Under the pieces are notes generated by a model. That model ran no database searches, was not told the DNA's origin, and saw only the letters and a program-made list of their open reading frames with translations. A stretch of 64,000 nt of DNA, from contig MU059972.1 in assembly GCA_013265495.1 (NCBI GenBank), positions 947,915 through 1,011,914 of the forward strand, given 5' to 3'. Position 1 is the stretch's first letter, and each line of letters begins with the position of its first letter. The position numbers and the translations under genes are program-made. This stretch comes from Vicugna vicugna (Eukaryota). This document shows, one piece after another, positions 59,356-64,000 of the stretch.

Positions 59356-60719
59356 CCTCTCTGCCTCAGTTTCCCCATCTGTGTAATGGGGCAGTCGGAA
59401 CAGCCCCTCACAGCCAAGGTGGGTCAACAGAGTGTCAGTGTGCAGCTCTCGCCCAGGGCCCACTGGGGAAAGACTGCTGTGGTCCTTGGGACAGTTGGTC
59501 TGGGCCAGGCCACACCCCAGTTATGTGGGAGGGGAGGGGGCACAGATGCAGGGCCTTGCCCGTGGGGCCATGGGACCCAGTGGGCTACTGGGTCCCCTGG
59601 GTGGGGGACACGGGCTGCAAGAGGCACCTGGGGGCTGGCAGAGCCGGTGAGCAAGGAGGCAGGGGCACGGGCAGGACTGGCCGGCAGACCTGGTCCAGGG
59701 CTGGTACCCAGGCCTGACGGCACTGTCAGGACACATCCACACGTGCTGGGCAGGAACTTCGAGGCTGGACGGCTACAGCCAGCAGCAGGCACCCTAGCAC
59801 ATGGGGAGCAGGACCCCCCAACGTGGGACGCACAAACGTCCCAGCAGGCGAGAGAAGCAGGACGCAGAGGGCTCACAGTGCCACCCCGTCCCGTCTGGCA
59901 AAGGAGGGCCCGCAGCACCCATCCTGGGCCGGGTGTCTCTGCCGCCCTCTGGCCAGGGCTCAGCCTGCCATGAGGTTTGGCTCCACCAGGCAATGATCGC
60001 GGACACCAGCTTTTGGGGCATCCTGCTTGGAGGGCCTCTCGGAGCCCCTGGTGCCCAGGAGGGGGCTGGGGAGGCCCACCGAAGCCCCTCCCGCCACGCT
60101 GAGCCCTGGGCGAAGGCTCGCCTGAGGCCCCATGTTGGCCTCCCAGGCAGGGGCGTGCCAGCCAGGGGTCCCTCCCAGCTCTCACTGCTGTCACGGCGGC
60201 TTCGTGGCTAAAGGGTGAGCCACAGGGGACGACAGGACAGCCAGGTGGAACAAGGCTGGGGGCCCGTTTGCACACTTGTTCACTCATTGGCTCGTCTGTC
60301 CGCCCACCCGTTCATCACACATCCGCTCCCTGCCCCCGACATCCACCCTGAGCACTTCTCTTGTATCTGAGCACAAGGTTTAGCGCTGGCTGGGTTTCCA
60401 GCAGCGGAGGCCACAGCTGGATCCAGGGCGGGGGGCCTGCCCCAGGTCAAAGCACACTGGTGCCAGAACCCACTCTCTGCCCTCGGCCGGGCTCTGTGCA
60501 CTGTGTCCGTCCAGCATGTGTGGGGACTGTCGGGGGAGCCGCCCTGTCCCCCTCTGGCCTGCAAGTGGCCTGGGCCTGAGGGGACCAGTGGAGAAGGGTA
60601 ACCAGACCCCATGGGCGCCCCCCACTTCCCCCTCCAAGCAACAGAGACAGGCGGCCTGGGGGTGGGCGCAGGACGACTTGGGGCGGGGTGAGTGGGGGGA
60701 GCCAGAACCCACCCACTGA

Positions 60720-60910
60720 GCTTGATAAGGGGCCTGCTGAAACGTTAGCAAAAATATTTAGACAATAAATGAAGTATCGGAAAAGCAGGCGTATCTTTAA
60801 GAAATCAATCATCTTGTACGTGTGTCTGGACACTTGGCGCCAAGGCGGAGATAGCGCATGCTGGGGAGATAAGGGTTAATCAAGGATTTAATTCTGTGCA
60901 GATAAAGCCG
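60720..60910. promoter_or_regulatory. Candidate GATA-factor enhancer in the ZFPM1 intron
   Basis: Four WGATAR sites in 183 bp: 60723, 60849, 60867, 60900, within an AT-rich island. Confidence 0.6.
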
Positions 60911-61224
60911 CAGGGAAGAGCAGGCAGGCCCCTTCCTCCACGGCTCCTCTGCACACCGCCTCAGAGGCCGGCTTCTCTGGCCCCAGCTCCCTCGGACGCT
61001 ATCTCTCTGCCTGGAGAGGGTTTCCAGCCTCGTGCAAGTCTCCCCAGGCTGACCCGCTCCCCAGGCCCCATGAAGACAAAACCTCCAGAGAGGAGGCTGC
61101 AGGCGGGAGGGGAGGCCCAGGCAGGGCCCAGGGGGGCCATGGCGGGTGTCTCTGGCCCCCTAGCCCTGGCCTGCAGGGGTCTCTAGGGCTGGGCAGACAG
61201 AAGTGCCAATTCTCCCTCTGCCTT

Positions 61225-61410
61225 TTGATCCCAGTGACTTCAGCAAGTCACAAAACCTCTTGGAGCCTCAGTTTCCTCATCTGTAAAGTGGGAGCAGTGG
61301 TACCTGCCTCATGGGGGTGGGGTGGAGAAGACAGGGCCAGGTGTGAGGATGTGTGCACAGCAGTGTGTGTGGAGCGAGTCTGGAACACACTCCTGTCCGT
61401 CTCAGAAGGG
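61225..61410 (+). mobile_element. MIR SINE
   Basis: AGCAAGTCACAAAACCTCTTGGAGCCTCAGTTTCCTCATCTGTAAAGTGGGAGCAGTGGTACCTGCCTCA is the MIR core. Confidence 0.85.
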
Positions 61411-63176
61411 GCTGATTGTCCCCAAGGAGGGAGCAGAGGTGAGAGGTGCAGGCCTCACTCAGAACACGCCAAAGTTCCCAGTCCTTGACCATCCTGCCTT
61501 TGTCCGGTTACTGCTTACGGTTTTCTTGACACTCTGGGGGTTCAGGGATGAGCCACTGAGCTCCCATTAACTGTCCCCCAACAGCCTGACTGCTGAAGAG
61601 TTGACCGCTGGTTGCATATCTCCAGTGACGGGGAGCTCACTGCCTACAGAGACTGCTCTCAACACCACAGCCTCCCGAAATCTCACTCCTTCCACAGAGC
61701 TGAAACCCCTGGGGTTTCTGCTGCTTCCTCCCCGCTTGGAGCCACGGGACAAGAGGGTCACCCCTCCCACAGGGCTGCTGGCTACACTGCCCACTGGCCA
61801 GGCCCTGTGGCAAGCACCAGTGCGGGTCACTGCATTTAATCTGCCCGTCTGCCCTGGGGCACCAGCTTCCCCGCTTCACAGACAAGCTGCAGCTCTGCCC
61901 ACCCTCTCCTCTGTGGGGAGAGTGGAGGGTCTGCAAGCTCAGGCCTCAAGGGCCCTTGAGGGCTTCCTGGGACCCCTGAGTTCCCAAAGGCTGAGGAGAC
62001 AGAAGCTTGGAGAGGTGGGGCCTGCCTGGGGGCACACAGCAAAATAGCCACAAGGCAGGAGACCCAGGAATCTGGACCCGGCGCCGCAGGGACAGCCTAG
62101 CTGGAAGGTGGGTGCCCTTGGAGACTCCCACCGACTTATGAGTGGCCTGGGCAAGCGCCTGCCCCTCTGAGCCTGGCCACTTGGCTGTGATTGGTGCCTG
62201 GGTTGCATGTTCGGACGCCTTCAACCTCCTGAGGCCCCAAGCCCCAGCTCCGAGATTGTGACTCAGCATGACCAACAGCCCAGGTTTTAGTGCACACAGG
62301 AGTGGGTGGGGGCTGGGAGCGGCAGTCTGAGGGTCTGCAGTTGGGGATTCTGCCCACGGCTCTCCACCAGCCCCATGGACACTGCTGCAGGCCGAGCTCC
62401 GGGGGCCTCGGTTTCCTCGGCTGAGTGATGGGGGCTCTGACTGCCAGGTTGGAGCTGGTTAGAGACGTCAGGGCAGCACTTGGCCTCCAGGTGCGGGGGA
62501 GCGCTGCCGTCACAGCCCTGCCCCTGCCACTGAAGGCCAACCACAGGCCCACGAGACCTAGCACCACGGGGCGCCTGCCAGCAGTTCGTACCCTAGATCC
62601 GGCCACATCTGAATGCCACATCAGGAATCAAAAGGCATGGTGAAGGGCGCCCCCTGGATGCTCGTCACGCACGGCTCCTCCCCGCTCCCAGCACAGCGCG
62701 GGTGCCCGCTGCACCTCCCCAGTTTGCTTCCCATACATTGATGCCTTTCTTGACTGAAACGTTTTCTAGAAGGAGCCTTGATACCCCCTGAAAGGGGACG
62801 CAGGAACTACCTGCCACAGAGGGCAGCTCAGAAGTAGCCTGGGGGGGACTGACATGTGCCGGCGGTGCTCAGATGCCAATGGCGCCCTCTCGCTGTCATC
62901 AGGAGGACCCACAGGCACAGAGACGGAAAGGAGCTCACCTTTTGTTGCAGCTGCGCCCAAGCACCCAGAATACCACCTTGCTTACCACCAGGGGTGGCCC
63001 CCCGTGAAGTCCAGTGCCGAGGGGCAGTCCCTGCCCGCCTCCCGCGCCACAGGCCAGATCCAGCCCCCTCACCACGGGCTCCTTATTTCCTCCCCTCGAT
63101 TGCTTTTTTCCTTCTCTGCCCCACCAACTTCTACTCAACCATAAGGGCCTGTTTAAAAAATCCCTTCTTCCAGGGA

Positions 63177-63305
63177 GCCCTCCCTGCATCACTTTCAGGT
63201 CCCATAGGCCCCACATCATCTCCTCCAGGCAGCCCTCCCTGTATTACCCTGAGGTCCCATAGGCCGCACGTCGCCACCTCCAGACAGCTCTCCCCATGCT
63301 CTCAG
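63177..63305 (+). repeat. 55-bp tandem duplication (about 2.3 copies)
   Basis: GCCCTCCCTGCATCACTTTCAGGTCCCATAGGCCCCACATCATCTCCTCCAGGCA (63177-63231) versus GCCCTCCCTGTATTACCCTGAGGTCCCATAGGCCGCACGTCGCCACCTCCAGACA (63232-63286). Confidence 0.85.
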
Positions 63306-63514
63306 GCAGTTAACTCCTCCCGGCCCTCCTGGCACCAACCCCTCATGCCCACATCTCCTGACACATTTCACACGGATGGGCAGGAGCTCCTGGGCTGGAG
63401 TCCAAACCGGACTTGGCTCAAGGGAGATGAAGGGGCCTATGTCCTCAGCTGGACACTGTCCTGGCCACTGCCCTGCGGCTGGTAGACTGGCTGGCTGGGA
63501 TCGGGGCTCCTTAC

Positions 63515-63648
63515 CAGTTCTGCCTGCCTGGGGGACGAGGCTCTGGTCTGGATGCTTCCACAGAATGGGCCCCAGGACAGGCCCTCGGCGAGGCTACATC
63601 GAGCCTGCACGCACGTCTGTCCTTCCTGCAGCACCAGCTCCAGCTCGT
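63515..63648 (-). CDS. ZFPM1: ZFPM1 exon, 134 nt (start of the PR/SET-like region); upstream exons lie right of the window
   Basis: ccacag|AC GAG: DELELVLQEGQTCVQARCSLAEGLSWGPFCGSIQTRASSPRQAEL|gtaagg. The phase joins the 54648 exon. Confidence 0.94.
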
Positions 63649-64000
63649 CTGTGGGGAGAGACGTCAGAGGTGTGAGGAGTGCCCGGCTGCTCAGGTCCAG
63701 TCCAGCCCTGCAGCCCTGTCCCCCTGGGAGCAGTCAGGGCTGAGGGCAGAGGAGGGAGGGCAGCCCTGTGCGCCTGGACCCAGGTTACAGGGATGGCGGC
63801 TGGTGCGGGGTCTGGGGACCAGGCCAGCCCCTGCGGTGGGACTTTTTCTGGGGGAGGACAGGCTGCAGACGCAGGACAGCGAGGGGCTGCAGCTGGAGCA
63901 GAGCAGGCAGGCGCGCAGCTCAGGGGCCAAGGCTGCTCTGCTGGAACACATGTGTCTCGTGCAGCCCAGGGTGCACAAATGGGGCTAGGTCACCCTGCTG

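Overview
GC-rich mammalian genomic DNA, most likely camelid (one tRNA-derived SINE of the camelid type plus an artiodactyl-type L1 3' end; species is inferred). The gene order matches the conserved ZFPM1-TRHR2-ZC3H18 block, shown inverted. Left to right: (1) the 5' part of ZC3H18 on the minus strand (coding exons 3 and 2, non-coding exon 1, CpG-island promoter at about 17.2-18.3 kb); (2) a degenerate ~110-bp tandem array interrupted by a solo LTR and an L1 tail; (3) a heavily disabled three-exon TRHR2 (TRH receptor 2) unitary pseudogene on the plus strand (25.5-27.8 kb); (4) a decayed HERV-H/F-like gammaretroviral provirus on the minus strand (36.0-41.3 kb; gag-pro-pol, His-type PBS core, env and 3' LTR lost in or hidden by an N gap); (5) the last seven exons of ZFPM1/FOG1 on the minus strand (46.6-63.6 kb), with an apparent 1-nt frameshift in the last exon and GATA-rich intronic enhancer candidates. 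Almost all other six-frame ORFs are GC-content noise. I found no clearly new multi-gene system. The best leads are the TRHR2 loss, the ERV, the ~110-bp array, an L1 fragment turned into a CpG-rich patch, and candidate regulatory exons and twin hairpins in ZC3H18 introns. Repeat family names come from remembered consensus sequences, not a database search.
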